Below, piece by piece: positions 51,915 through 62,446 of a stretch of 64,000 nt of DNA (within the stretch, counting starts at the first letter, position 1; each line of letters starts with the position of its first letter). The stretch comes from Nitrospirota bacterium (lineage in GTDB: Bacteria > Nitrospirota > UBA9217). Position numbers and translations under genes: made by a program. The stretch covers positions 704,001 to 768,000 of the forward strand of contig OY760142.1 of the NCBI GenBank assembly GCA_963663225.1, read 5' to 3'. Under the pieces are notes generated by a model. That model saw only the letters and a list, made by a program, of their open reading frames with translations. It searched no databases and had not been told where the DNA came from.

Positions 51915-54900
51915 TCATCTTGCCGAGGAAATTTTTTCCAGTCCGATAACTCGTTCTTTCTCGTTCTTGCGCTCAATAAGTTCTACATCCAAACACAAGC
52001 TTTGAAGCTCTTTGATCAACACATAAAAGGATTCCGGTAATCCGGGTTCCAGAGTATTTTCACCTTTTACAATGGCCTCGTATATTTTCGCTCTTCCCGA
52101 GACATCGTCCGATTTTACCGTAAGAAATTCCTGGAGGCAGTAGGCGGCACCATACGCCTGAAGCGCCCAGACTTCCATTTCTCCCAATCGCTGGCCTCCG
52201 AATTGAGCTTTTCCTCCGAGGGGCTGCTGGGTCACCAGGGAATAAGGTCCTATGGAGCGTGCATGCAGCTTGTCATCGACGAGATGATGCAGCTTCAGCA
52301 TGTACATGTATCCCACAGTAACCGGTTTATCAAAAGCCTCTCCGGTCCGCCCATCATAAAGTACGGACTGGCCCGTAACCGGAAGCTTCGCATCTTTCAG
52401 CAGAGAGCGGACCCGTTCTTCGGTCGCGCCGTCGAATACCGGTGTCGCAACGTGCAAACCGAGTGCTTTCGCCGCCCATCCCAGATGCGTCTCCAGTATC
52501 TGGCCCACATTCATACGCGACGGCACACCGAGCGGGTTCAGGACAATTTCGACAGGGGTGCCATCCGGAAGATATGGCATATCTTCTTCAGGCACAATCC
52601 TCGAAACCACACCCTTGTTGCCGTGCCTTCCTGCCATTTTATCTCCTACGGAGAGCTTTCGTTTCATGGCGACATATACTTTTACGAGCTTTACAACGCC
52701 GGGCGGCAGATCATCTCCGCGCTTCAGCCTGCCGATTTTTTCATCGTAAATGGCTTCCAGAATGCCGAGCTGATTCTCCGAGCTGTCCAAAATTTCCTGA
52801 AGCTTTGCGGGATAATCATCCGATTCTACCTTGATTTTTGCGTAATCCTTTTCCGGCACCTTATCAAGAATTTCAACCGTTATTTTCTTTCCTTTTGCGA
52901 GCTCGGTTTTTCCTGTTTTCGAATTGACGACCTTATCCGCGGCAGTTTTCCCTATAAGGATCCGGCGTATCCGTTTATACCGGTCCTCTTTCAGCGCGCG
53001 CATTTCATCCTGATATTCCTTCTGAAGCCGCGAGATTTCCTCGCTCTCCTGAGTTTTCAGCCGTTCATTTTTGTCTTCTCCTTTGCGGGAGAAAACCTTG
53101 ACATCAATTACCGTTCCTTCGATGCCCGGCGGTGCATACAGCGAAGCGTCGCGCACGTCACCGGCCTTCTCTCCGAAAATGGCGCGAAGCAGCTTTTCCT
53201 CCGGAGTAAGTTGCGTCTCGCCTTTCGGGGTCACCTTGCCGATGAGAATATCGCTGGGCATTACTTCAGCGCCGATACGAATAATTCCGTTTTCGTCGAG
53301 GTTGCGCAGCGTTTCTTCTCCCAAATTCGGGATGTCGCGCGTAATTTCTTCCTTGCCGAGTTTGGTGTCTCGCGCCTCGATCTCAAATTCCTCGATATGG
53401 ATGGAAGTATAGCGGTCTTCTTTTACCAATCGTTCGCTGATGATGATGGCATCCTCGTAGTTGTAGCCGCTCCACGGCATGAACGCCACGAGAACATTTT
53501 GTCCAAGGGCGAGTTCGCCAAGGTCCGTAGCAGGCCCATCGGTAATTACCTGTCCTTTTTTCACCTTATCGCCCACGCGGACGATTGGTTTCTGATTCAT
53601 GCAGGTATTTTGATTGGACCGATAAAATTTCGTCAAAGGGTAATTGTCAATGACCGTCTTTCCCTTGGCATCTTCGCCCTTCACGGTGATCCGGGTCGAA
53701 TCCACGGCTTCTACCATACCGTCGCGTTTTGCTGCGACAATGGCTCCTGAGTCCCGTGCGGCAACCCGTTCCATACCGGTACCGACAACCGGTGCTTGCG
53801 GCCGGAGAAGCGGCACTGCCTGTCGCTGCATGTTTGAGCCCATCAGCGCACGGTTCGCGTCATCATTTTCAAGGAATGGAATCAGCGCTGCAGAGACTGA
53901 AACGATCTGCTTTGGCGAAACATCCATGAACTGAACTTCTTCCGCGCTCACCAATTTGAATTCACCGCCGACGCGCGCCGACACGCTGTCAACGGCAATT
54001 TTCCCTCTGCCGTCGATTGGCGTATTGGCCTGAGCTATCACGTAATTCTCGCCATCCACAGCCGAAAGATATTCTATTTCATCCGTTACCTTGCCCGCCT
54101 TGACTTCCCGGTAGGGCGCTTCGATAAAGCCATAATCGTTCACGCGGGCATATGTTGCGAGTGAAACAATAAGTCCGATGTTCGGACCTTCCGGGGTTTC
54201 AATAGGACAAATCCTGCCGTAATGGGTCGTGTGCACGTCGCGGACCTCAAACCCTGCCCGCTCGCGGGTAAGACCGCCTGGTCCCAGAGCGGACAATCTG
54301 CGTTTGTGCGTAATCTCCGCCAAGGGGTTTGTCTGATCCATAAACTGGGAAAGCTGGCTTGATCCGAAAAATTCCTTGATGGTTGCAATCACCGGTTTGG
54401 GATTGATAATATCGTGCGGCATAAGCGCATCGATGTCTTGAAGGCTCATCCGCTCCTTGATGGCGCGCTCCATACGCGCGAGACCGACCCGAATTTGATT
54501 TTCGAGCAGTTCCCCGACGGATCGCACGCGGCGGTTTCCCAGATGATCGATATCATCCACTTCGCCCTTGCCCGTTCTGAGATTGATAAGGTAGCGGATC
54601 ACTTCGACTACATCCTGGGCGGTAAGCGTTGTTTTTTCAATCGCGATGTCCAACTTCAGTTTTTTATTAAGCTTCAGCCGGCCTACATTTGAAAGATCAT
54701 AGCGCTTCGCATTGAAAAACATGCTGGAAAACAAGTTTCTCGCCATGTCCACCGTCGGTGGCTCTCCAGGCCGCATCTTGCGGTAGATTTCGAGCAGCGC
54801 TTCATCCGGCGTCTGGACCTTGTCGGACAGCAGCGTATCGCGAATGGCGCCGATTACGTGGATACCGTCCATGTAAATCACTTCAATCTTTTCCACTTTT

Positions 54901-55907
54901 GTGGACACGATACGGGTCAGGAAGGCTTCCGTAATCTTCTCGTTTGCAGGAAGAAGCACTTCGCCGGTCTCTGGATCCACTACGTCGCGGAGCACCACGC
55001 GGTCAATCAACTCCTCACGGGGAATGGGAATTTCCGTGATTCCGGCCGCCTCCATTTTTTTGACGGCCAGGCGTGTAATCTTAGCGCCTTCCTTGACAAT
55101 TTGCTCACGGGTGTTCTTATCGGTAAGCGTAATGGGAGACTTCATGCCTGCCAGAACATCTGCATGAATGCTGCGCGTGAAGCCTTCCTTTTTTATCCGG
55201 ATATCTTCGATGGGATAATACATGCGAAGCAAATCTTCGTTGGAATAGCCGAAAGCCTTGAGAAGAATAGTGGCCGGTATTTTTCTTCTCCTGTCGATTC
55301 TTACATAGACAATGTCCTTGACGTCGAACTCAAAATCGAGCCAAGACCCCCGGTAAGGAATAATGCGGGCTGAATAGAGTATCTTGCCGCTTGCATGGGT
55401 TCTGCCTTTATCGTGCGTGAAAAACGCACCGGGAGAACGATGAAGCTGGCTTACGACCACGCGCTCGGTCCCGTTAACGATAAATGTTCCGGTTTCCGTC
55501 ATAAGCGGCAGGTCGCCGACATATACTTCCTGCTCTTTAATGTCCTTTACCCGTTTGGTGGCTGTCTGTTCGTCTTTTTCGAAAAAAACCAGCCGTGTTT
55601 TGATTTTAAGCGGTGCCGCATAGGTAGCTCCGCGCTGCAGACACTCCCAGATGCTGTACTTGGGATCCCCAAGAGAGTAGCCCAGGTAATCAACCATTGC
55701 GGTCTCATTGAAGTCGTAAATGGGAAATACACTTTTAAATGCGGCTTGAAGCCCCATGTCTTTTCGTTTTTCCGAAGCCGCTTCCTTCTGAAGAAAGAAA
55801 TCATATGACCGCTTCTGAATTTCAATAAGATCAGGGATATCAAGAATTGTAGGAATTTTTGAAAAATCTTTCCGTTCGCGAACAAATTCTTTTTTTTCCT
55901 TAGACAT
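51915..55907 (-). CDS. rpoB: RNA polymerase subunit beta
   Basis: [31 protein letters not shown]; start taken at MSKEK. Confidence 0.99.
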   Translation of the reverse strand: MSKEKKEFVRERKDFSKIPTILDIPDLIEIQKRSYDFFLQKEAASEKRKDMGLQAAFKSVFPIYDFNETAMVDYLGYSLGDPKYSIWECLQRGATYAAPLKIKTRLVFFEKDEQTATKRVKDIKEQEVYVGDLPLMTETGTFIVNGTERVVVSQLHRSPGAFFTHDKGRTHASGKILYSARIIPYRGSWLDFEFDVKDIVYVRIDRRRKIPATILLKAFGYSNEDLLRMYYPIEDIRIKKEGFTRSIHADVLAGMKSPITLTDKNTREQIVKEGAKITRLAVKKMEAAGITEIPIPREELIDRVVLRDVVDPETGEVLLPANEKITEAFLTRIVSTKVEKIEVIYMDGIHVIGAIRDTLLSDKVQTPDEALLEIYRKMRPGEPPTVDMARNLFSSMFFNAKRYDLSNVGRLKLNKKLKLDIAIEKTTLTAQDVVEVIRYLINLRTGKGEVDDIDHLGNRRVRSVGELLENQIRVGLARMERAIKERMSLQDIDALMPHDIINPKPVIATIKEFFGSSQLSQFMDQTNPLAEITHKRRLSALGPGGLTRERAGFEVRDVHTTHYGRICPIETPEGPNIGLIVSLATYARVNDYGFIEAPYREVKAGKVTDEIEYLSAVDGENYVIAQANTPIDGRGKIAVDSVSARVGGEFKLVSAEEVQFMDVSPKQIVSVSAALIPFLENDDANRALMGSNMQRQAVPLLRPQAPVVGTGMERVAARDSGAIVAAKRDGMVEAVDSTRITVKGEDAKGKTVIDNYPLTKFYRSNQNTCMNQKPIVRVGDKVKKGQVITDGPATDLGELALGQNVLVAFMPWSGYNYEDAIIISERLVKEDRYTSIHIEEFEIEARDTKLGKEEITRDIPNLGEETLRNLDENGIIRIGAEVMPSDILIGKVTPKGETQLTPEEKLLRAIFGEKAGDVRDASLYAPPGIEGTVIDVKVFSRKGEDKNERLKTQESEEISRLQKEYQDEMRALKEDRYKRIRRILIGKTAADKVVNSKTGKTELAKGKKITVEILDKVPEKDYAKIKVESDDYPAKLQEILDSSENQLGILEAIYDEKIGRLKRGDDLPPGVVKLVKVYVAMKRKLSVGDKMAGRHGNKGVVSRIVPEEDMPYLPDGTPVEIVLNPLGVPSRMNVGQILETHLGWAAKALGLHVATPVFDGATEERVRSLLKDAKLPVTGQSVLYDGRTGEAFDKPVTVGYMYMLKLHHLVDDKLHARSIGPYSLVTQQPLGGKAQFGGQRLGEMEVWALQAYGAAYCLQEFLTVKSDDVSGRAKIYEAIVKGENTLEPGLPESFYVLIKELQSLCLDVELIERKNEKERVIGLEKISSAR

Positions 55908-56056
55908 GCTCACACCTCTCAGGCAGCGTAAAATACAAAATGAAAAATGCAAACAGAAAAAAACATAAAATTGCGGCCGTTCTCTTTACATTTTTTATTT
56001 TGTGTTTCATGAAATCAATGGTTTCTGTAGTCTCCGCGCACTATATCCATAAACGC

Positions 56057-56100
56057 AAAAAGTCCTCTGCCCTTCGGACCAACGCCGAAGGGCAAGGACT
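56057..56100 (-). terminator. rplL-rpoB attenuator/terminator
   Basis: AGTCCTCTGCCCTTCGG / CCGAAGGGCAAGGACT stem with a U-run on the minus strand. Confidence 0.8.
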
Positions 56101-56123
56101 CAAAACAAAAAACTGTCTGTATC

Positions 56124-56507
56124 TTACTTTACCTCGACGGTGGCACCCGCTTCGGTAAGTTTCTTTTTCATGTTTTCTGCATCTTCCTTTGAAACACCTG
56201 TTTTCACAGGCTTGGGTGCTCCCTCCACCAAGTCCTTTGCTTCTTTCAGGCCAAGTCCGGTAAGTTCGCGTACCACTTTAATCACATTGATTTTCTGGGC
56301 GCCGGCATTTGCCAGAATGACGTCAAAAGCCGTCTTCTCTTCCGCCGCTGCGCCGCCTGCTGCCGCGCCCGCCGCACCCGCTGCCGCTATAGCCACAGGC
56401 GCTGCTGCTGAAACACCCCACTTCTCCTCAAGCATTTTGCTGAGTTCTGCTGCTTCAAGAACGGTCAGGCCGCTCAGTTCATCAACCAATTTTGCTAAAT
56501 CTGCCAT
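56124..56507 (-). CDS. rplL: 50S ribosomal protein L7/L12
   Basis: [24 protein letters not shown]. Confidence 0.98.
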   Translation of the reverse strand: MADLAKLVDELSGLTVLEAAELSKMLEEKWGVSAAAPVAIAAAGAAGAAAGGAAAEEKTAFDVILANAGAQKINVIKVVRELTGLGLKEAKDLVEGAPKPVKTGVSKEDAENMKKKLTEAGATVEVK

Positions 56508-56560
56508 TGAATTATCCTCCTAGAACCTGGTTATCTTTTAAGTTATCTGGGATTGCGTCT

Positions 56561-57073
56561 TTATCCTTTGTCTGCTTTTGCTTGTATGATTCGCGCCACC
56601 TGGCCTGCAGGTGCTGCAAGCGTACCAACAATTCTTGATGCAGGTGCCTGGAGAAGTCCAATAATCTTCCCCCGCAGTACATTAAGAGGCGGCAACGTTG
56701 CCAGCGCCTTGATATCAGCCGGCTGAAGCAGTTTTCCGTCGAGTATCCCGATTTTCAGTTGAAGTTTTGCCTGTGTTTTATTGAAATCAAAAAGTACTCG
56801 TGCAGGTGCAACAACATCATCATAGCTGAGCGCAATTCCCACGGGACCGACAAAATGATCTTTGAGCGGTTCAAGGCTGGTGCCCTCTGCCGCTTTTCTG
56901 GCCAGTGTGTTCTTTACCACTCGGTATTCAACCTGTGCCTTGCGCAACTTTGACCGCATGTCCGTGATCTGTTCCACATTAATACCGGCGTATTCCGTAA
57001 TAATTGCGGACTTGGCGCGTGCAAATTTTTCGTGCAGTACATCGGCTGCTTCTTGTTTTTCCTGCTTGTTCAC
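56561..57073 (-). CDS. rplJ: 50S ribosomal protein L10
   Basis: VVKNTLARKA, LATLP; position in operon. Confidence 0.97.
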   Translation of the reverse strand: MNKQEKQEAADVLHEKFARAKSAIITEYAGINVEQITDMRSKLRKAQVEYRVVKNTLARKAAEGTSLEPLKDHFVGPVGIALSYDDVVAPARVLFDFNKTQAKLQLKIGILDGKLLQPADIKALATLPPLNVLRGKIIGLLQAPASRIVGTLAAPAGQVARIIQAKADKG

Positions 57074-57079
57074 TGAGCC

Positions 57080-57232
57080 CTCCTTTCTTTCAAGAGTTCC
57101 TGATGATCCGCCCGGAAATCTTAAAAGAAAGCGGCATTGCGTGCGTTCTTTTTTACCCGGGTCTCGGCAGGCCCCGCTTCAGGAATTAAGCTGAAAGAAA
57201 AATTTTTCAGCGCCTGCTGTCTCGGACCGCAT
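57080..57232 (-). promoter_or_regulatory. Ribosomal protein L10 leader (autoregulatory RNA)
   Basis: Minus strand CCGAGACAGCAGG...TTAA...CCTGCCGAGAC, matching the L10-leader kink-turn pattern. Confidence 0.8.
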
Positions 57233-57343
57233 CTCTGTTTTTTTCAGAGATCGACCATTATCTGTTAAATTTTATATTTTTTATGGTGTAGCAAATCGCG
57301 TTGTAAACGGCGATATACAATTACTTGGTTCCAGCAAATGGAA

Positions 57344-58045
57344 TCAGCCGACCAATTTCTCGATTTGTGCAGTATCCATCTTAATGCCAGGCCCCATGGT
57401 CGAGGAAACATACGCACTAATAAGGTACTTGCCCTTGCTCGACGCCGGCTTTGCTTTTAGTATGGACTCCAGCACAGCCTTAGCATTTTCCACAAGCTTG
57501 TTTTCGTCGAAAGAAACTTTTCCCACCGGAACATGAACGATTCCGGCTTTTTCTACGCGGTACTCAACTTTACCGGCACGTATGTCCTTGATGGCTTTTG
57601 CCATGTCGAACGTAACGGTTCCGGTTTTAGGATTCGGCATCAACCCGCGGGGGCCGAGAACTTTTCCGAGTTTACCCACAAGACCCATGAGGTCCGGGGT
57701 TGCCACCACGGTATCAAAATCGACCCAGCCTTCTTTCTGAATTTTATCTGCCAGATCTTCGGCGCCCACATAGTCTGCGCCGGCGTCCCTAGCTTCTTTA
57801 TCCTTCTCCCCTTTGGCGAACACCAAAATTTTGACCTTTTTTCCCGTACCATGAGGAAGAACAACGGTTCCCCGCACCATCTGGTCGGCCTGTTTTGGAT
57901 CGACACCGAGTTTCAATGCGAGATCAACCGTCTCGTCGAACTTTGTTTTGGCGACCTTTTTAGCAAGCCCGATCCCCTCTTCAATGCCGTAAAGCTTGGA
58001 ACGGTCAACTTGCGCTGCAGCAGCTTTATACTTCTTTCCTGACAT
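57344..58045 (-). CDS. rplA: 50S ribosomal protein L1
   Basis: [20 protein letters not shown]. Confidence 0.98.
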   Translation of the reverse strand: MSGKKYKAAAAQVDRSKLYGIEEGIGLAKKVAKTKFDETVDLALKLGVDPKQADQMVRGTVVLPHGTGKKVKILVFAKGEKDKEARDAGADYVGAEDLADKIQKEGWVDFDTVVATPDLMGLVGKLGKVLGPRGLMPNPKTGTVTFDMAKAIKDIRAGKVEYRVEKAGIVHVPVGKVSFDENKLVENAKAVLESILKAKPASSKGKYLISAYVSSTMGPGIKMDTAQIEKLVG

Positions 58046-58055
58046 CAGTCCTCCT

Positions 58056-58087
58056 CGCGGTGTTCACGGCCGTTGTCGGCCTCCCGC
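58056..58087 (-). promoter_or_regulatory. L1-binding mRNA element in front of rplA
   Basis: Minus strand GCGGGAGGCC-GACAAC-GGCCGTGAACACCGC mimics the 23S rRNA L1 site and abuts the SD. Confidence 0.7.
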
Positions 58088-58130
58088 TTTTTATACAGAT
58101 TGCCTCTGCAATTCAACATTACCTGCAAAC

Positions 58131-58556
58131 TTATTCGGTAATTTCAAGCCCCATGCTTTTTGCGGAACCTTCGATCATACGCATGGCCGATTCTACAGTT
58201 GCCGCATTAAGATCCGGAAGCTTTGTCTGGGCAATTTCTTTAATTTGTGCGCGCGTTACCTTGCCGATTTTTTCCTTGTTCGGCGTCCCGGACCCCTTTA
58301 TGATCCCGGCGGCTTTTTTAAGCAATTCCGCCGCTGGCGGCGTTTTCGTAATAAACGTAAAAGACCGGTCCGAATACACCGTAATAATAACAGGAACTAT
58401 CGTCTCTCCCATTTTTTGGGTTTTTGCGTTGAACGCTTTGCAAAATTCCATGATATTGACGCCGTGCTGACCGAGCGCGGGTCCTACCGGCGGAGCCGGG
58501 TTTGCTTTTCCTGCCGGAACCTGAAGTTTAATTTTTGCTGTAATTTCTTTTGCCAT
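58131..58556 (-). CDS. rplK: 50S ribosomal protein L11
   Basis: [20 protein letters not shown]. Confidence 0.98.
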   Translation of the reverse strand: MAKEITAKIKLQVPAGKANPAPPVGPALGQHGVNIMEFCKAFNAKTQKMGETIVPVIITVYSDRSFTFITKTPPAAELLKKAAGIIKGSGTPNKEKIGKVTRAQIKEIAQTKLPDLNAATVESAMRMIEGSAKSMGLEITE

Positions 58557-58602
58557 TGATATGCTCCCACCTTACCTTAATTAACAATAGTAATAAGTAG
58601 TA

Positions 58603-59145
58603 CTATTTTTCTTTTTCCCGCTCTACCTGGAGAAACTCCAACTCTACCGGTGTTGAACGGCCAAAAATGCTTACCATCACGCGGAGTCTGCCATGGGTAG
58701 GATTTACATCTTCCACGGTTCCTATGAAGCTGCTGAACGGCCCATCGATCACCCTGACCCGGTCGCCTTTCTGGTATGCCTGCTTTGGCTGGGTTGGAGC
58801 AACGGCCCCTTCTTCAGTCTGCTTCAGGATTGTTTTCACTTCATCATCGCTTAACGGAGTCGGGTTCGTGCTGCCGCCGACGAATCCCGTTACCTTGGGG
58901 GTTTCCTTGATGATATGCCAGGAATTATCGTCCATCTCCATTTCAACGAGAATATATCCAGGAAAAAACTTTCTCTGTGACTTGCGTTTTTTTCCGGCCT
59001 TAATGGACATGACTTCTTCAGTCGGCACAAGAATCTGGCCAATTTTGTCCTGCAACCCGAGTTTGGAAACAGTTTCAAGAATACTGCTTTTCACCTTGTT
59101 TTCAAAACCCGCATATGTATGAACAACATACCAATTCATCGGCAT
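58603..59145 (-). CDS. nusG: Transcription termination/antitermination factor NusG
   Basis: WYVVHTYAGFE, FPGYILV, KOW VIDGPF, IFGRSTPVEL. Confidence 0.98.
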   Translation of the reverse strand: MPMNWYVVHTYAGFENKVKSSILETVSKLGLQDKIGQILVPTEEVMSIKAGKKRKSQRKFFPGYILVEMEMDDNSWHIIKETPKVTGFVGGSTNPTPLSDDEVKTILKQTEEGAVAPTQPKQAYQKGDRVRVIDGPFSSFIGTVEDVNPTHGRLRVMVSIFGRSTPVELEFLQVEREKEK

Positions 59146-59154
59146 ATTTAATCT

Positions 59155-59340
59155 CTATCTGAACGTGGCCGTCATAACGTTCGCCAGCGTCATATCAATC
59201 ACACCCAGAAAAAAGGCGGAAATAAGCACGGTAATGATCACCACCCACGTAGAGCCTATAACCTCCTTTTTCGTCGGAAATACAACTTTTTTGAGCTCAA
59301 GCTTTACTTCCTTGAAAAACTCAGCTATTTTTTTGAACAT
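59155..59340 (-). CDS. secE: Preprotein translocase subunit SecE
   Basis: EVKLELKKVVFP plus one TM helix; start at MFKKI. Confidence 0.95.
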   Translation of the reverse strand: MFKKIAEFFKEVKLELKKVVFPTKKEVIGSTWVVIITVLISAFFLGVIDMTLANVMTATFR

Positions 59341-59372
59341 ATGAAGAGGCCTCTTTCTGTGTAGGAAAAATA

Positions 59373-59449
59373 TGGCAGGCCAGGAGGGACTCGAACCCCC
59401 AGCAGCCGGATTTGGAGTCCGGAGCTCTACCAATTAGAGCTACTGGCCT
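59373..59449 (-). tRNA. tRNA-Trp (CCA)
   Basis: AGGCCAGTAGCTC...CT-CCA-AA...GGTTCGAGTCC...GCCA cloverleaf. Confidence 0.97.
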
Positions 59450-59475
59450 GTAATATGGCTTCCATAAACTACAAA

Positions 59476-59628
59476 CTACGCTTTTGTTTCCTTATGCGTG
59501 GTATGTTTACGACAGAACCGGCAATATTTTTCAAGGTTCAGTTTATCCGGCGTATTTCTCTTGTTTTTGGTTGTAGAATAGTTTTTACGCTTGCAGTCAC
59601 TGCAGGCGAGAAGAACGATTTCCCGCAT
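59476..59628 (-). CDS. rpmG: 50S ribosomal protein L33 (zinc type)
   Basis: Hand-translated [50 protein letters not shown]. Confidence 0.97.
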   Translation of the reverse strand: MREIVLLACSDCKRKNYSTTKNKRNTPDKLNLEKYCRFCRKHTTHKETKA

Positions 59629-59717
59629 GGTCTCTTGCCTCTTTCTTTATAATTTCCACCACGAATCCCGGAAGGCATCATAAAAAATCAACTGACAACC
59701 GGAAATCCGCTGTTGAT

Positions 59718-60917
59718 TTATTCAATTACTTCCGTGATGACGCCGGCGCCAACGGTTCTGCCGCCTTCACGAATGGCAAAACGAAGCTCCTTGTCCATCG
59801 CTATCGGCGTGATAAGTTCCACCGAGCAGCTCATGTTGTCCCCCGGCATTACCATCTCCACTCCCTCTGCCAGGGTCACAACTCCCGTAACATCCGTCGT
59901 CCTAAAGTAAAACTGCGGCCGGTAACCCTTGAAAAACGGCGTGTGGCGGCCACCCTCTTCCTTCGTCAGCACATATGCCTCAGCCTTGAACTTCGTATGG
60001 GGCGTGATGCTCCCCGGCTTCGCCAATACCATGCCGCGCTCCACATCCTCTTTCTTGACTCCTCGCAGCAATACTCCAACGTTGTCGCCGGCCTCGCCCT
60101 GGTCCAAAAGCTTCCGGAACATCTCTACGCCCGTCACCACCGTCTTCTGCGTCGGCTTGATTCCCACTATCTCGATTTCATCGCTTACCTTGACCACTCC
60201 TCGCTCTATACGGCCCGTCACAACGGTACCGCGGCCCGCAATCGAAAACACGTCTTCAATAGGCATCAGGTACGGCTTGTCTATGTCGCGCTTCGGCTGC
60301 GGTACGTAGCTGTCAATGGCGGCCATCAACTCAAAAATGCTCTTGTATTCCGCCGCATTCGAATCCTTGCTCTCGCTCTGAAGCGCCTTTAACGCGCTCC
60401 CCTTAATAATCGGTGTCTTGTCGCCGGGGAACTGGTACTTCGACAGCAATTCCCGAATCTCAAGCTCTACCAGCTCGATGAGCTCCGGATCGTCCACCAT
60501 GTCCACCTTGTTCATGTATACCACGATATACGGTACTCCCACCTGACGCGCTAGCAGTATGTGCTCGCGGGTCTGGGGCATCGGTCCGTCCGCCGCGGAA
60601 ACTACCAGAATCGCTCCGTCCATCTGAGCTGCGCCGGTGATCATGTTCTTCACATAGTCTGCATGGCCCGGGCAGTCCACATGGGCATAGTGGCGATTCT
60701 CTGTCTGGTATTCCACATGCGCCGTCGCAATGGTAATACCGCGCTCCCGTTCTTCCGGAGCCTTGTCGATATTATCATACGATACAAAGCTCGCCATGTT
60801 CTTAAGCGCCAACACCTTCGTGATGGCTGCTGTCAACGTCGTCTTGCCGTGGTCCACATGTCCAATCGTACCCACGTTCACATGAGGTTTCGTCCTCTCA
60901 AATTTTGCCTTCGCCAT
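59718..60917 (-). CDS. tuf: Elongation factor Tu (tRNA-linked copy)
   Basis: Protein identical to 43192-44391. Confidence 0.99.
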   Translation of the reverse strand: MAKAKFERTKPHVNVGTIGHVDHGKTTLTAAITKVLALKNMASFVSYDNIDKAPEERERGITIATAHVEYQTENRHYAHVDCPGHADYVKNMITGAAQMDGAILVVSAADGPMPQTREHILLARQVGVPYIVVYMNKVDMVDDPELIELVELEIRELLSKYQFPGDKTPIIKGSALKALQSESKDSNAAEYKSIFELMAAIDSYVPQPKRDIDKPYLMPIEDVFSIAGRGTVVTGRIERGVVKVSDEIEIVGIKPTQKTVVTGVEMFRKLLDQGEAGDNVGVLLRGVKKEDVERGMVLAKPGSITPHTKFKAEAYVLTKEEGGRHTPFFKGYRPQFYFRTTDVTGVVTLAEGVEMVMPGDNMSCSVELITPIAMDKELRFAIREGGRTVGAGVITEVIE

Positions 60918-60993
60918 GCTCTCCGCCTCCTGTCCGGGAAGTGAAAAAAAATAGTTATTATTCGATAATCAGGTAATACAACACACTCTGTAC

Positions 60994-61069
60994 TGGAGCC
61001 CATGAGCGGGATTGAACCGCTGACCTCATCCTTACCAAGGATGTGCTCTACCAACTGAGCTACATGGGC
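60994..61069 (-). tRNA. tRNA-Thr (GGT)
   Basis: GCCCATGTAGCTCAG...TT-GGT-AA...GGTTCAATCC...TCCA. Confidence 0.97.
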
Positions 61070-61108
61070 AACATAGCAACTCAAACGGTTTACACCGTCT
61101 CATAGATA

Positions 61109-61185
61109 TGGAGCGGGAAACGGGATTCGAACCCGCGACCCCCAGCTTGGAAGGCTGGCGCTCTAGCCAGCTGAGCTATTCCCGC
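61109..61185 (-). tRNA. tRNA-Gly (TCC)
   Basis: GCGGGAATAGCTCAG...CT-TCC-AA...GGTTCGAATCC...TCCA. Confidence 0.97.
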
Positions 61186-61200
61186 GTTCTACACAATTTA

Positions 61201-61286
61201 TGGTGGGGAGGGGAGGATTCGAACCTCCGTAGGCTGACGCCGACAGATTTACAGTCTGTTCCCTTTGGCCGCTCGGGAACCTCCCC
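61201..61286 (-). tRNA. tRNA-Tyr (GTA)
   Basis: GGGGAGGTTCCCGAG...CT-GTA-AA, long variable arm, ...ACCA. Confidence 0.97.
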
Positions 61287-61340
61287 ATTAAAAAAAACTA
61301 GCCGCTGAACAATTTACCGACTTGGCATTTCTAAAAAAAC

Positions 61341-61416
61341 TGGAGCCACCGAAGGGACTCGAACCCCCGACAGGCTGATTACAAATCAGCTACTCTACCA
61401 ACTGAGTTACGGTGGC
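61341..61416 (-). tRNA. tRNA-Thr (TGT)
   Basis: GCCACCGTAACTCAG...TT-TGT-AA...GGTTCGAGTCC...TCCA. Confidence 0.97.
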
Positions 61417-61539
61417 AGAACCTTCTGGACACACCACGTCCCCTCGTTTTACTGTTTCCTGAGGAATTTAGTTTTAGAATGCGTGTTACAAACACTATGA
61501 GGCTTGTAGAGAAACAACTGCCACGCCCAAAGAATTGTA

Positions 61540-61569
61540 ATTATAAAAGAATACAACTGTTCTTGTCAA
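61540..61569 (-). promoter_or_regulatory. Sigma70 promoter of the tRNA-tuf operon
   Basis: TTGACA (61569-61564), 18 nt spacer, TATAAT (61545-61540). Confidence 0.8.
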
Positions 61570-61634
61570 GGAAAAAGATAGCCGACTGCTAAAGGGGGTT
61601 TTTCTCAGAAACGGCCCGAGGAACAACGGAACCG

Positions 61635-62384
61635 TCATTTTTTATTCTTTTGTTGCTGCCGCAGGATTTCATACAATATTACTCCCGCCGCAACCGACAC
61701 ATTAAGCGAAGTAATTTTTCCCATGAGCGGCAAGGAAACCACATAATCACAGTGGTCACGCACTAATCTGCGGATTCCACTGTCCTCCCCTCCAAGAACA
61801 AGGGCAGTTGGACGACACAGGTCTGCATCCCAGTAAACCATATCACCGTCCGCTTCAACTCCGACTACCCATACTCCGTTCTTCTTCAACTCTTCTATTG
61901 TATTAACGATGTTTACTACTTTGACAACCGGCACGTATTCCAATGCGCCCGCCGCCGTCTTTGCCACTGTTTCCGTCAGCCCCACGGCCCGGCGTTCAGG
62001 AATTATCACGCCATGCACACCTGCAGCATCAGCCGTCCGCAGGATTGCGCCGAGGTTTCTCGGGTCTTCCACGCCGTCCAGAATAATAAAAAGCGGCGCT
62101 TCTCCCCGCTGGGCGGGAATACGCAAAACGTCATCAAGCGTGGAATATTCAACAGCCGCGGTTATCGCCAGGACGCCCTGGTGCAGGGCATGCGGCACTT
62201 CCCGATTCAAATGTTCACGCGTCGCAAATCTGACTTCAATTCCTTTTTCCTGTGCGAGCCTGATAATTGCCAGCACATCCCGGTCTTTCTTGCGCTGCTC
62301 TGAAACGAGAAGCCGTTGGACGGGACGGCCTGCTTTAAGCGCCTCAGCCACCGGGTTAATACCGACTATTTTATCTTTGGACAT
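61635..62384 (-). CDS. rlmB: 23S rRNA (guanosine-2251-2'-O)-methyltransferase
   Basis: HQGV, LDGVEDPRNLGAILRTA, LGGEDSG, SLNVSVA (SPOUT); follows cysS. Confidence 0.95.
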   Translation of the reverse strand: MSKDKIVGINPVAEALKAGRPVQRLLVSEQRKKDRDVLAIIRLAQEKGIEVRFATREHLNREVPHALHQGVLAITAAVEYSTLDDVLRIPAQRGEAPLFIILDGVEDPRNLGAILRTADAAGVHGVIIPERRAVGLTETVAKTAAGALEYVPVVKVVNIVNTIEELKKNGVWVVGVEADGDMVYWDADLCRPTALVLGGEDSGIRRLVRDHCDYVVSLPLMGKITSLNVSVAAGVILYEILRQQQKNKK

Positions 62385-62446
62385 AAATTCATATTTACCA
62401 TTGCGGGGGTTTTAAACATCAACGTCCAAACGTCCGATCTGCGTTT

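Noticed and set aside
52203-53750. 515 aa plus-strand ORF and other long antisense ORFs over rpoBC, tuf, fusA and cysS
   Set aside because: Shadows of codon-biased core genes with no independent motifs.
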